Assembly: GCA_016748015.1 (NCBI GenBank) | Contig: JAAOMT010000597.1 | Span: forward strand, 747,460-781,758 | Reading direction: 5' to 3' | From: Geosiphon pyriformis uo1 | Lineage: Eukaryota; Fungi; Glomeromycota | Length of the DNA: 34,299 bases | Shown: piece after piece, positions 1-11,490 of the stretch | How the letters are laid out: every line of letters begins with the position of its first letter | Numbering within the stretch: position 1 is the stretch's first letter | Made by a program: the position numbers and the translations under genes | Notes under the pieces: generated by a model | Told to the model about the DNA's origin: nothing | The model's input: only the letters and a program-made list of their open reading frames with translations | Database searches by the model: none

Positions 1-1
1 A

Positions 2-235
2 GCCGACGAAATGAAAACAGCTTTGGTTTTTATCATTCACGTCATCCCCGGTCTCTCGAGCTTGCTAGTGTTTTTTCCTTGCCTTAAATCTTTTTTGAAA
101 CAAATTCATCATTATCCGTCATTTATATATTACGCAACTGATAGAATAGAGGTTGTTACCATTGATACTAGGGTTACCGAAATGGAGAATAAGCTGGATA
201 AAATCTTAAAGGCGACAGATAGTCCTCACCAGTGA
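2..235 (+). CDS. 3' end of a gene that starts upstream of the window; C-terminus resembles TRP-like ion channel tails
   Basis: The frame is open from base 2 (ADEMKTALVFII...), so the ATG at 11 is probably internal. It contains YPSFIYYA followed by a heptad-like tail IDTRVTEMENKLDKILKA, and GC content is higher than in the flanking DNA. The family call is recalled resemblance only. Confidence 0.45.
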   Translation, partial: ADEMKTALVFIIHVIPGLSSLLVFFPCLKSFLKQIHHYPSFIYYATDRIEVVTIDTRVTEMENKLDKILKATDSPHQ

Positions 236-3228
236 CAGCAAAAGATCAATTATATTAAGTTTTGACAGATTTATAGCTGATTCACTAAAATTCACGATTC
301 ATCTATATAGTTTTGTTATCCAATTAGAGAAATATTTTAATATTAATTTTAATTTAATTTTTTGAAATATGTTTTGCAATAGATAATTATGTTTAGCTGA
401 TATAAACTAGAAATTTAAAAATGTATATCTCGAAATGGTTCTTTTATATGCGTTCTCAATTAATTCATAGCAACATTGTTCTCGTTAGATTGTCAAATTT
501 TATTAAAAATTTGGTTATATTGCTAATTTTTTAGAAGTTAAAGCAACTTTAATACTTAACCATGTATAAAATTACCAAAAATATTCATATTTAAAATACT
601 CACAAAAAATTGAACAGCTTTAATCCATTTAAGACTTACATTATTAAGATTAGATTCGAGTAAATTGTTTAATTTTTGAATTTGGGAATGAAATTTATTA
701 AATTTACTGCCAAATTTCAAATAGTACAAGATAGTTAGTTTAATAACATAAAATATATTCTTTGGTTTAAATATTGTAAAATCATAATAAATTAGATTTC
801 GATTGGAAAATGCAAACATAAAATCACTTTCCTTCCAAAGTTTCGTCAGATAAAATTTGGAATTTAAGAAAATTGAAAACTATGATTTCTGAGCCTGCTT
901 AAGACAAATGACCATATGATTGTTTTGTGAAGACAAATAAATATGACCAAATGAAAGGATTAAATTATTTTTTAAAAAATCGTTAAATCACATCAATAAA
1001 AGTTTCATAAATTTATATGATATAAAAAAAAATTCTTGAATCTATTATCTATGTTGAAAGTATCAAAATTTGATAATGGGTCAATTAGTCTTTACTTTTT
1101 GAATTTCTGAAAAGTTAAAGAATTGACTTGAATAAATGGAAAAATTGCTGTTGTTAGATATAAATTCAAAAACGTTCTTAATAGCTTGGATGATGTATTA
1201 ATAAAATTTTAAAATTTAACATTGTTTAAAAAATGTATATAAGTTTCTTAAATTTCGAAAGAAACACATAAATGTTTAAGTTTTATTCAAAAATTTGGCA
1301 AATACTCTATTTAAAAGTGCTAATCTGATAGTGCACATTTTTTTATTTTTTTTAAAAAATAAATAAATTTATAAATCATAAAAGAAAAAAATTACCCTAA
1401 AAAAGTTAAATTTTGTTCCCATTCAAAATAATTGGAGGTGAGTATACTTTTAGTTGGATATTTATTGCTTAGGCCACCTATTTTAAATAAAAAACCACAA
1501 ATTTTGTTGGAGAAATTTGTGTATCTTCACTTCAATATATCACTTTATTGTTTTTCCAAGAAAAAATTCTATTATAGAGTAAACACCCGTTAAATTGTTC
1601 AACAACTAACTGGTCTTTTTTTTGTCATATAATTATGATAAATCAGCTATTTATTGGAGTTGAAATCGTTTAAAATTATATTAAAAATAATAATATCAAT
1701 AACTGTTACAATTTTTGAATACAGTTGCAAAAAACTCCAAGTTACTAATTAATAGTCATTTTGATAAACCAATTTTTTACAAAGTACACATCATCACTTA
1801 ATATTAATATTAGCAACAAGTATTTTTTTAATTCAATTTTAAATCCGTTTACTATTTATAAATTCGATTTAAAACCTTAAAATGGCTTGAGTCGGCTCCA
1901 AAAAGTTGTTTTATTTTAATCAAAGATTTTCCATTTAATGCAGGGTTACGTTTTACAGGAATCCATCATGATACTAAGGTTAGTTTAACTGTAAATTTTT
2001 ATTTTTACCCAAAATAAACGCAGGGTTTTGTTTTCATTATTTCAAGCTTATTCAATCATACATTGTTGATAATGATGATTATGATGATACAGGTTTCTTC
2101 CAAAAAAGTGAAGCTTAAATCCGGGGGCTAATTTAGGTTTAAACAGTTTTTCAACAGTATCTAAACAGGGTATAAGACTGACTTTTGGCTCAAATTTGAC
2201 AAGACCATGATATTTTGTTCAAAAAAATTTTCACATGTAACTTACAAAACCCAATTTTAATTAATTGAGGAAAAAAAGACGCGAATTTTGTCAAATAAAA
2301 ATTACTAATTTATTATATATATATATTTTTCTTTAACATTCTTTTTTTTTTAAAGCCAAGTCTCAAATTCTTTTCTTTTCTTTTCTTTCAAAATTGTTAC
2401 AGGCCTAATTTCGGGTTGCCAAAGACCTGAAGATTCTGTTTTTTGAAAATGTATATAGTATTTAATGTAAAATAATCTTAAGACCGAAATTTGAAAATTC
2501 TCGTCATAGGGAGTTTTATAACTATTGATTGCTGCTATACAAAAAGAAAACTTTTTGCTTTTGGTTTTCAATTTTAAATTTTAAATTATTACTCATATTT
2601 TGATTCAAGTTTTCACACTTGCTTAAATTGATCAAAGATGTATGGACATGAAAAATTCAGATTAAAATCACAAGGTTGAAGGAAAAACTATTGTGCGAAA
2701 AAAAAAATTAGAAAATCTCAAAGAATATTCTTGAAACAAATTAGGGTTAAAATATATTAATTAGAAATGCATGTTCAAATGAAATCTTAAAGATGATCCA
2801 TCTTTTGTCGGTCGTCGCATTAATTTAATTCATTATTGAATTAATAGACCAAGAAATTTTTGAGAAGTTTGAAATTTTTTACTAACTTGAATAAGAAAAT
2901 TCTAAAGATTTTCTCCCTAGCAAAAAAACAGCTTAGCAGTTTACTACAAGATTTATTTAAATTGAATATATATATATCTTTTAAGAATTTTATAAAAGAC
3001 ATTTTATCTTTCAAATGTTTAATTATTCCTCCAATGCAATAGCTTATTATATATATATATATATATATGTAAATTTTAAAGAAAACTAGCATAAAGTTTT
3101 TAAGGATAAGATCATTTATAAGGATAAAAGTTTTAGCCATCAATTATTAGGCACCCTTTATAACTTTCCTATTTTCATTCGATAATATGATTGGTACTTG
3201 TATTTCGATTCAAAGAATCTTTTGAAAT

Positions 3229-3270
3229 CGGAGTTTCACAATGATGAAAAACGGAGTTCCACAATGATGA
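3229..3270. repeat. Two-copy tandem duplication, period 23 bp
   Basis: cggagtttcacaatgatga (3229-3247) and cggagttccacaatgatga (3252-3270), 1 mismatch. Confidence 0.85.
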
Positions 3271-4851
3271 GAACGCAATATAGAAAATATATATAGATTA
3301 CCCTTGCAACACAAGTCTTTTCCTCAATTATAATTTATTTAATATATATAAGAAAATTTTTATTTTTTCTTTGTATATCTTTTCGATATGATCAGCTGTA
3401 AGCTAATTTTAAGAAATTTACACACAATAACTAATCATGAATCAGCATTGGAAGTTTAATTCATAGTAACATACTAAAAAATATCAATTGATCGTTTTCA
3501 ATCCCATTCTCTGAGATAAAGATTTTACTTTATGTACATGTACTATGATTTAGCCAAGCATTCAATAAAAAATTAACTTTTTGTTTTTTATTCAATAATA
3601 GCAGAGTACAAACTAAATTATTGAACTTTGGGGTTATAGTATCATTGATTTAGGTAGTTGTTACAAATAATTTTACGGTATCTATTTTCATTGTTAATGA
3701 TTTGAAAATGATCAATAATTACTTGGCATATGTGCGCCGAAAAAAGCTAACCATAGCTGTCTTGGATTACTTTGATTATTTCAGAAATAAAATAAAAATA
3801 TCTGTATAAATTATTATTATTATTGTTTTTGAATTATTCGTTACACTTTTTTTTTAAAAAAGTTTTCATCGTCGATTAAATTTCAAAAATAGATAAACTT
3901 GGCTGATATAGTCTATAACTTTTTCTTTTTTCTTTAAATTATCAATTTAATTCATAAATAAAAAACTAAAAAACCAGATTTTAAATAATTATGAAAAAAT
4001 TTATTTCCTTATTTTCAAGATTCATTTAATCTGATAAAAAAAGTAAAACTATAATCAATTATTTTAAAAATCTTTTCTCATTATTTCATTGTTCTTATAC
4101 GCGCTGTTGTGTAATTTTAAATAATAAAAAGATTTCAATTTTGATATATCTTGATTGAACTTGAAAAGTTTTCACAGCCAGTCAATATTCATGAGTTTAT
4201 GATCCAATCATTTAAAATTATCTGTAAATTTTATTAACTCCTTTGAATTAAATATAGTTTTTAAAAAAAAAATTTTTGGAACATTGAGACCGAAGCTTCT
4301 GCTTCTTACAATGTTACTTTTAATTGTGCTCCAAACTTTCAACAATACTAAACCAGCCAATAACAGACTTTCCAAAAATGTCTCACAATAGTTTTAAGAT
4401 TTGTCCGGCAAACTATCTTAAAAAAAAAAAATAAACTATTTTAAAAACTAATAATACCCATTTTTTGTGTGTGATCGATGAAATTTTTGGTCACACACCA
4501 CTTACTTCAGTACATAATCATCAAATGTCCTCAGGTTTCACATTTTTTTGTTGTTGTCTCCGAGTTTTTTTTTTGGACTTTTTCACAAATGTTTGATTAT
4601 GTAAATGTGCATAAAAGTTTGGGAATACATGGGCTCGTCTGGCCTCCGTTTTAACAATTTCAAAAAAGAATTTTTGAAAAATTTAAATTTAAATTTCATA
4701 GACACACACGACAGATAAATGACCGTTTCAAATTTTCCCAGAATTATCGTAACACAAAATTTTAAACAAGATGGTTTTGTGTTTTTCATTTCTCTTTACA
4801 ATTATTATTCCACAATGAGGTGAATAACGTTTAAATAAATGGGTAAATATA

Positions 4852-4906
4852 ATCGTATCGTATCGTATCGTATCATATCGTGTCGTGTCGTGTCGTGTCG
4901 TATCGT
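4852..4906. repeat. Pentanucleotide microsatellite (RTCGT)11
   Basis: ATCGT x4, ATCAT, ATCGT, GTCGT x4, ATCGT. Confidence 0.95.
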
Positions 4907-5335
4907 CATTCCCTCTTTATCATTTAAAAATTCCCAAATGCTCAAACCCAAATCATCAGTTTTTTTTTTAAAAAGAGCATTTTATAGTAGAAATGTGACA
5001 CGTTACATTTTCAGTTTAGGTTCGATGGTCCGAGCTTAAACTAAAATAAAAAAAACCAAAAGGAAAGTGTAACAAAGATCTCTGACGATCCCTCTTAAAT
5101 ATTCATCTCGGAAAACTTTATACCTTTATTGCGCGCATTTTACATGATGATGGGTTTTTTTAGTTGAATAAAAAGGTTTATTCTAAAGGGAGCATGAACT
5201 AGTTTCTTTTGAGAAACGAAAGAAGATAGAGGTTAGAGGATAAATTGACAATGGTAAAGAAACGTGGCTAAAAATATGGGGCTTAAAACTATTGGGCTTT
5301 TGTTTCATATTGAGCTCATCCACGAAAACTCATTC

Positions 5336-5344
5336 TTATTATTA

Positions 5345-5438
<94 letters not shown>
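5336..5438. repeat. (TTA)n microsatellite, about 34 units
   Basis: Near-perfect TTA run with one TCA interruption. It explains the spurious poly-Leu and poly-Asn ORFs. Confidence 0.97.
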
Positions 5439-5882
5439 GTGAAATCATAATTATAAGGCCTAAATAGGTGAGAAAATAATTTTTTCTTTGCATCATCATC
5501 ATTATCGCCATCATCATAATAATCGATCAAGAAATCAACCATTCAACTATTATGAGAACATTAATGCCCGTGCAATGCATGAGAATAAATCATTAAAAAA
5601 GATCAAAAAGTCCTTAGAGACCTGCTTTGCTCGTGCATTATTTCGGATTGTGTTTAAGATTTGAATCGTTAAACAAGAAAAAAAATCTTAATTTGCATAT
5701 TTCATCAATATTATGAAAGAAAGTCTTGAAAGAAGTAATTTCTGACCAACATCACATAAAAAAGGGGATAACTGATAAGAAAAAGAATAGCTGATCATGG
5801 AGGAAAAAATCCGGAACGGTTAGGAGGGATGTTTCTTTTTTTTTAGCAATAATCATCGATGATAGTCGCAAACGCGTGGCCC

Positions 5883-5929
5883 TATGTATGTATGTATGTA
5901 TGTATGCTTATGCTTATGCTTGTATGCTT
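5883..5929. repeat. Compound microsatellite (TATG)6 grading into (TATGCT)n
   Basis: tatgtatgtatgtatgtatgtatgcttatgcttatgcttgtatgctt. Confidence 0.9.
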
Positions 5930-6143
5930 CAATGTTGATGACGATGAAAGCGAAGCTTTTTTTGGGCTATGTGAAAGGCGTTGTCTCGTTCCTTTGTTCT
6001 TTTTATTTGGCCCACACTACGCTCGATGATGAACATCAACAGCAAATCAGCTGTATTGAGAAAAAAAGTGTCACTGAAAAAGCTAAAAAAAAATCTTTTG
6101 CCTCCTGTTTTTTTACCTTTCCTGATAAAGTACTTGTTGTTTG

Positions 6144-6178
6144 TATATAAAACATTAACAGGTTAACTTACCTGTTAA
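6144..6178 (+). promoter_or_regulatory. Candidate TATA box followed by a perfect 9-bp inverted repeat, upstream of the Sel1 gene
   Basis: TATATAAAA at 6144-6152, then TTAACAGGT (6155-6163), a 6-nt spacer and ACCTGTTAA (6170-6178). About 500 bp upstream of ATG 6657. Confidence 0.3.
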
Positions 6179-6656
6179 AGTAAATAAGCATAAAAAATAA
6201 ATTCACTTTAATTGAAGAGACACACAACAATAAAAAACAATAAAAAAAAAAAAAAAGAGAAAACAAGCAAGGGAAGTTTCGAAACACTAGAGTTCAATAC
6301 AAAGTAGTACCGAAATCAAAATTTCATTTTAAAGGTATACAACAAGCCTGCAGTCATTGTAATATTATTATTGGGCTTTTCAACAACGAGGGTTAGTTTA
6401 GATTGTCTATAAATTATGGACAATGGAACATACACCTAATTTCACTTGTTTCTCTTGTTTCTCTTCTCTACTTTTGTTCTGTCCTTTTGAAAAAAATATA
6501 TTTATATACTGTGTGGTTTCACCTCTGGTCCTTTAGAGATTGCTCTAAAATTTTGATCAATTTCTTTAAACGGAGAAAACTATTTTCTTTTTCAAAAAAG
6601 AAAAAATATATATACACCAAAAAACAACTGATATACATTTTATCATATTTTATATA

Positions 6657-6686
6657 ATGGATATTCAAAGTCGAGTTCAATCAAGC

Positions 6687-6718
<32 letters not shown>

Positions 6719-7901
6719 GCATAATATCATGACAAAAAAATTGCAGTCAAATATTACCAGCAGTATCACCACCACCACCATCACTACCACTCCATTAAAT
6801 AATATCGCTGATCAATTTTTGAAATCTTTTGACGTTGGAAACCAAAATTTTTGGGAATATGTCACCAGCGAACTTAAAGACCACCTTAAATCCCTGAAAC
6901 TTTCAAATCAAAAATCCCTCGTCGATGCTTTAAATCATCGCTCGTACAAAGGAAAATTTTTATGCTTACGTGGTTTTTGTTATCAGAAAGGAATCACGAC
7001 GCAGGTCAATTTTGAAAAAGCCTTTGCCTTGTATAAAGCCGCCTCCCGTCATAATCATTCCTACGGTCATATTTTACTTGGACACTGTTACGATCGTGGA
7101 ATTGGAACCGCGAAAAATGCTTCAAAAGCATTTCATCTTTTCAGAAGATCAGCTCAACAAGGTAATCCAAGTGGTCAATTCGAGCTTTACCTTTGTTACA
7201 AGAGTGGCTTCGGAACGACACGAAATGATCGAGAAGCTTTTAAATGGGTTAAAAAATCTGCCGAGGTTGGACATGTTTCAGCTCAACATAACCTTTCGGT
7301 GTCCTATTACGATGGCATCCTGACCACGAAAAATGAAAAGAATGCATTTTATTGGGCCGAGAAAGCTGCCTTGGCAGGACATTCAAATGCTCAATCACAA
7401 TTAGGTTTCTGTTATCAATTGGGAATCGGTGTGGAGAAAAACGAACCAGCAGCAGTCGAATGGTATACCAAATCTGCGAATGCTGGTGATGCTTTCGGTC
7501 GAAAAAATCTTGGAAATTGTTACTTGTACGGTCATAATGGAGTAACAAAAAATGTTGCAAAAGGTTTCAATCTAATTCTACTCTCAGCAAATCAAAAAAA
7601 TGAAGACGCGATCACAGAGTTAGGAAATTGTTATCAAAAAGGTCTCGGAATTCCGGCTGACCTCATGAAAGCTTTTCATCTTTATCGACAAGGAGCTAAC
7701 CGTGATAATGTGACGGCACAATATAATCTTGGATTGTGTTATCGATTTGGTCGTGGTACTACTCTCAATCTTGAACGAGCAAGATTTTGGTTGGAGAAAT
7801 CATCAGAGAAGGGGGACCAAGATGCCATTAAAGAATTGGAAGATATGATTAGTATTGAACCTATCTCTCGTTCCCCGACTTCTTCCGTTCACCTTAAGTG
7901 A
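6657..7901 (+). CDS. Sel1-like repeat (SLR) protein, 414 aa, 8 tandem SLRs, intronless
   Basis: Eight ~36-aa repeats of the type AQxxLGxCYxxGxGxxKNxxxAFxWYxKSAxxG (e.g. HSNAQSQLGFCYQLGIGVEKNEPAAVEWYTKSANAG, NVTAQYNLGLCYRFGRGTTLNLERARFWLEKSSEKG). N-terminal poly-Asn and poly-Thr low-complexity region. Long intact ORF with CpG retained. Confidence 0.95.
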
Positions 7902-10521
7902 ATTTTACGGTACATATATTATCTTAATCTAGTAAAACTGGTGATTTTAATTGTAAATAGCTTTCAAAGTCATAATTCCATCCTTAAATTCAACTAGCAG
8001 TATTTTAAAAAATCGTAATTAAAATGTAATTATTATGCTAATTAAAAATTAATGTCCACTTTTAAAATATAATAAATCACGAAATATTTCACTAAATAGA
8101 TCTTTATTGATCAAAATATAAAAATTCATGCGGGTGCTTAAAAAACTGTGACAAGTTTTCTGTTGACATGAAAACACAATTCTGTTAAGTTCGGTTCTAA
8201 CCAAATCTTTTGTTTTAACAATTCATCTATACAAGACAGGCGCAATTTTCAAATACTTTGGTAAAGTGATAAATTTAGGCATGTGATAATAAATGTAATA
8301 AATATTAACATTTATTGTTTATTGTTACTTTAATATTAATTTAATAATATTTATATTAACAATTATTATATTATTTAATGATACCATTCACAAATAATAA
8401 TGAAAATCAAAATATTTTGTTTTATTTGTATTTGTATTTCCATTTTCGTTTGTATTTGTGTTTGTATAAATAATCTGTGTTTATATAAATATTTATATTG
8501 GTTTTATATTTTTTCAAGTTATTATTTTATTTTATTTTATGTACAATATATTTCTAAATTTTAAATTTATCAAATTAGAGAATAAAAAACCATTTTTATT
8601 TAAAAAAAAATTTATTAACAAATAATATAAAAAATATTTTGCAAATTAAAAATCTTTATCTAAAATGTGTGTTTTCACTTATCATGATCTTTTACATTTT
8701 TTATGAGATTTGCAAATAGAAGATTTTCAAATTAAATTCTCAAAGCGTACATCTAAGCCTATTTCAAGAGTTGGATCATTAAAATTGTGGTCACTCAAAG
8801 TATGTGAGAACATATTTTTAAATAGGTTTATTTTTGTTTCTTTCTTTAGACCCTCTAAAATCGTTTAATGCGTGCCTATTTCTATATGAACTTTAAGAAT
8901 AGTGAACACCCAGAACAGTTTCAACGATCTGGAGGAAAGGGACTAAGGTTGATGTGAAAGAGACTGCTTTTCGTCACATCTAATTCTGAAGTAAGTCAGA
9001 TGGATAGGGTGCGAACGGTCTGATGATTGGATACCATAAAGTTGTCTAACTTATATTCGGACACTCCTTATGATTATCTTAATAGAAGGATGTCAATGAA
9101 ATACCAACTAGCAAGAAAAAATCATCAATGAGAATATAAATTTTAAAGCCTAAAATGTCGATTTTTTTTATGAGGCAGCAATGACGTATATGATCTCAAA
9201 ATATTGTCACAAAAGCAGGATTTACTTAAAAATTCGAATTTAATTTCAAAGATTTTCAAAAAGAATTGAATAACATGGTTAATAATTTTTCCCCAAATCT
9301 TAATTCGGGATCATAAGGCTTATTGATCCAATATTCCTTTTTATGAAATTACAAAATTTTAAGCCAAATGAAAGTCTCTGGCAAAGCCACTTTTTAATTT
9401 GAAACCAATTTTCTCACCAAAAACTTTTGAAGCATCTGATTAAAAAACACAAAATAAGTTTTTAGGATCCCTTTCAAACCTTTTTCACATGCTCCAACTA
9501 CCAGAATCCTGAGTACCTCATGAATTTAAAAATATTTATTAAATCATCGAGTACTAGTGTGCTCTAGGCAAGTTAATCTCGGTTCGTAATTCAATTTCCC
9601 ACGTTCTTCTTCATAGAAACAAACAGACACACAGATAATAAACACAGAAATAGTAAAAAGTTCGAGAATCCAAATAAATCCGTGAAAACCCCCATATCAA
9701 TAACTGAAGCCGTGAGAAATTGAAAAGGGGCCAAAGAATTGAACTTCTGAATATGAAGTACCAGTTCTAAGAGATTTTCACTAGCGAAGCTGTACCCGGG
9801 GAAAAGAAAAAATTCCCTAAAAATGGAAAACACTCCCACATTTTTTCACGTTTTTCAACTTACTAATTAAAATATAAAAATGGAAATATTTGAAATATAA
9901 GAGGCTCTTGAATAAAAAACATTTAGCACATATGCATATATGCATATGTGCATCTATATACATTACGATCTCTTTTATGCAATGTGTTTAAATGATGCAA
10001 GTACAATACAACTATCATAGAATTTACTTTTGAATGCTTTTTCATTGATGTAGATCAGATAATACTTTGGAGAATTGGTATCAACTTGATAATAAATCTA
10101 ACAAGCTTTAACAAAAAAATACATTCTGATAAAAAATTTTAGAGAATTTATTATTTATAAAATTAATTTTGTAAGATTATATTGTTACATATTGAAATAA
10201 TAAGCTATGAATAGCAGGTACAAAAAAACCAATTAATTATGATAAGGTAATCAATAAAGAAAACCAGTCTCAAATAATAAGAGCTTTAAATATAAAGAAA
10301 TAGGTTATGAAGGTTAAATGCAAATAACACAATTTTATGTACTAAAAAATAAATTTTAATTAAAACAATTATTATTTATTTTCACATATTGTGTTTTTAT
10401 AACCAAATTACAAAAATAATTTTATTAAAAAATTGATTTTAATATTTCGGATTTGAAAAATGGTTTTTTTACAATCTTAAAAAAATTGGTTATGTAGCTA
10501 AAAAAATCAATAATTAGGATG

Positions 10522-10611
10522 TTTTTTTTTCTCAAACACTATCTATCTAATTTCAATATATACATTTTCTCCAATAAATGCGACTCATGTGCTTTCTACA
10601 CATGACTAGTA
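10522..10611 (-). mobile_element. Degenerate short copy of the LINE 3'-terminal element with poly(A)
   Basis: T9 at 10522-10530, then caaacactatct..aat and atgcgactcatgtgctttctacacatgactag. These match the blocks at 10858-10924 and the reverse complement of 14431-14510. Confidence 0.6.
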
Positions 10612-10827
10612 GAATTTTTATTAATTAAATGAAAAACAAATCAATAAATTTTTTTTAAATAAAATCTAATTAAAATACATTAGCAAAACCAAAAATGAAA
10701 AAATAAATACATTAAAAAATAATAATTAATATTAATCAAACTAATTATTTTTTAACAAAAAATTATAAGAGTTGTCCTCCTATAAAGGATGAAAGAATCG
10801 ATACATTCATGCCGGCTGTACAAAGCA

Positions 10828-11490
10828 TTATTTTTATTTGCGAAAACGATTGTGCCTCAATCACTATCTAATGCTATACAACAAACATGTCATAAATTAA
10901 GCTCTTGCTACACGTGACCAGCCATCTGAGCTGATCAAAGCTACACTACCCTTACAGCTTGCTCTTCACACAAGTTGAGTGAAGATTAACAAGCAAAGAA
11001 ACAGAAATTAAGCAATTGCCAATACTTAGACCAAAATGAATAGAGATACTCTTAATGAAACCATCTCTGCACACATCCCCAATTTTTCACACTCAGCCCT
11101 CAATCTGGCATTAGAAATCCAAATTCGGTTCTGATGACTGATTGCTAAATCACGAACAAAACCCAAAACACTGCTGAAAGCCAGACTGGACAGTGAAAAA
11201 ATACACTTAAACACCATACCTTTGGCAAATACTATGTAAATTTTACTACCATCCTTGGCATAATATAATAACTGCAGCACCTAAGAAAAGATTATGAAAA
11301 TACCTGACCAAGACATCCATCTTTGCACACATTCACCAATAATAAGCAACCTCTCAGCCGAATCTGCTGCACAAAGAAATACATGATCCGAATCTTCCCT
11401 CTCTCCGCATCTATTACGATTCAAACTAGGATATTTTGGATTGCACAACCTCTTTCTAGTGACCATTGACACATATTCTATAAAAACGAC
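10828..11490 (-). mobile_element. 5'-truncated non-LTR retrotransposon (LINE): ORF2 C-terminus, 3' UTR and A-rich tail
   Basis: ORFs 11281-11472 and 11026-11280 are one frame split by a single TAG. The translation has a decayed CCHC knuckle (YPSLN[R]NRCGEREDSDHVFLC) and the downstream FAKG...FVR...IW...R..CEKLG pattern typical of fungal LINE ORF2 ends. A-rich tail at 10828-10839. Confidence 0.8.

Noticed and set aside
3241-3270. ATGATGA box C motifs (C/D snoRNA)
   Set aside because: No box D (CTGA) at a suitable distance and no terminal stem.
5264-5517. Poly-Leu and poly-Asn ORFs
   Set aside because: Artefacts of the (TTA)n microsatellite.
6970-7560. ORFs overlapping the Sel1 gene (also 21918-22139 and 22440-22658 within the TPR gene)
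   Set aside because: Shadow frames of real CDSs with no recognisable features.
9012-9060. Hammerhead-like arrangement (CTGATGA, small stems)
   Set aside because: The essential GAAA is TAAA, stem II is offset and stem I pairs poorly.
11131-11156. CTGATGA-stem-GAAC hammerhead-like core
   Set aside because: No stems I or III, and it lies antisense within LINE coding sequence.
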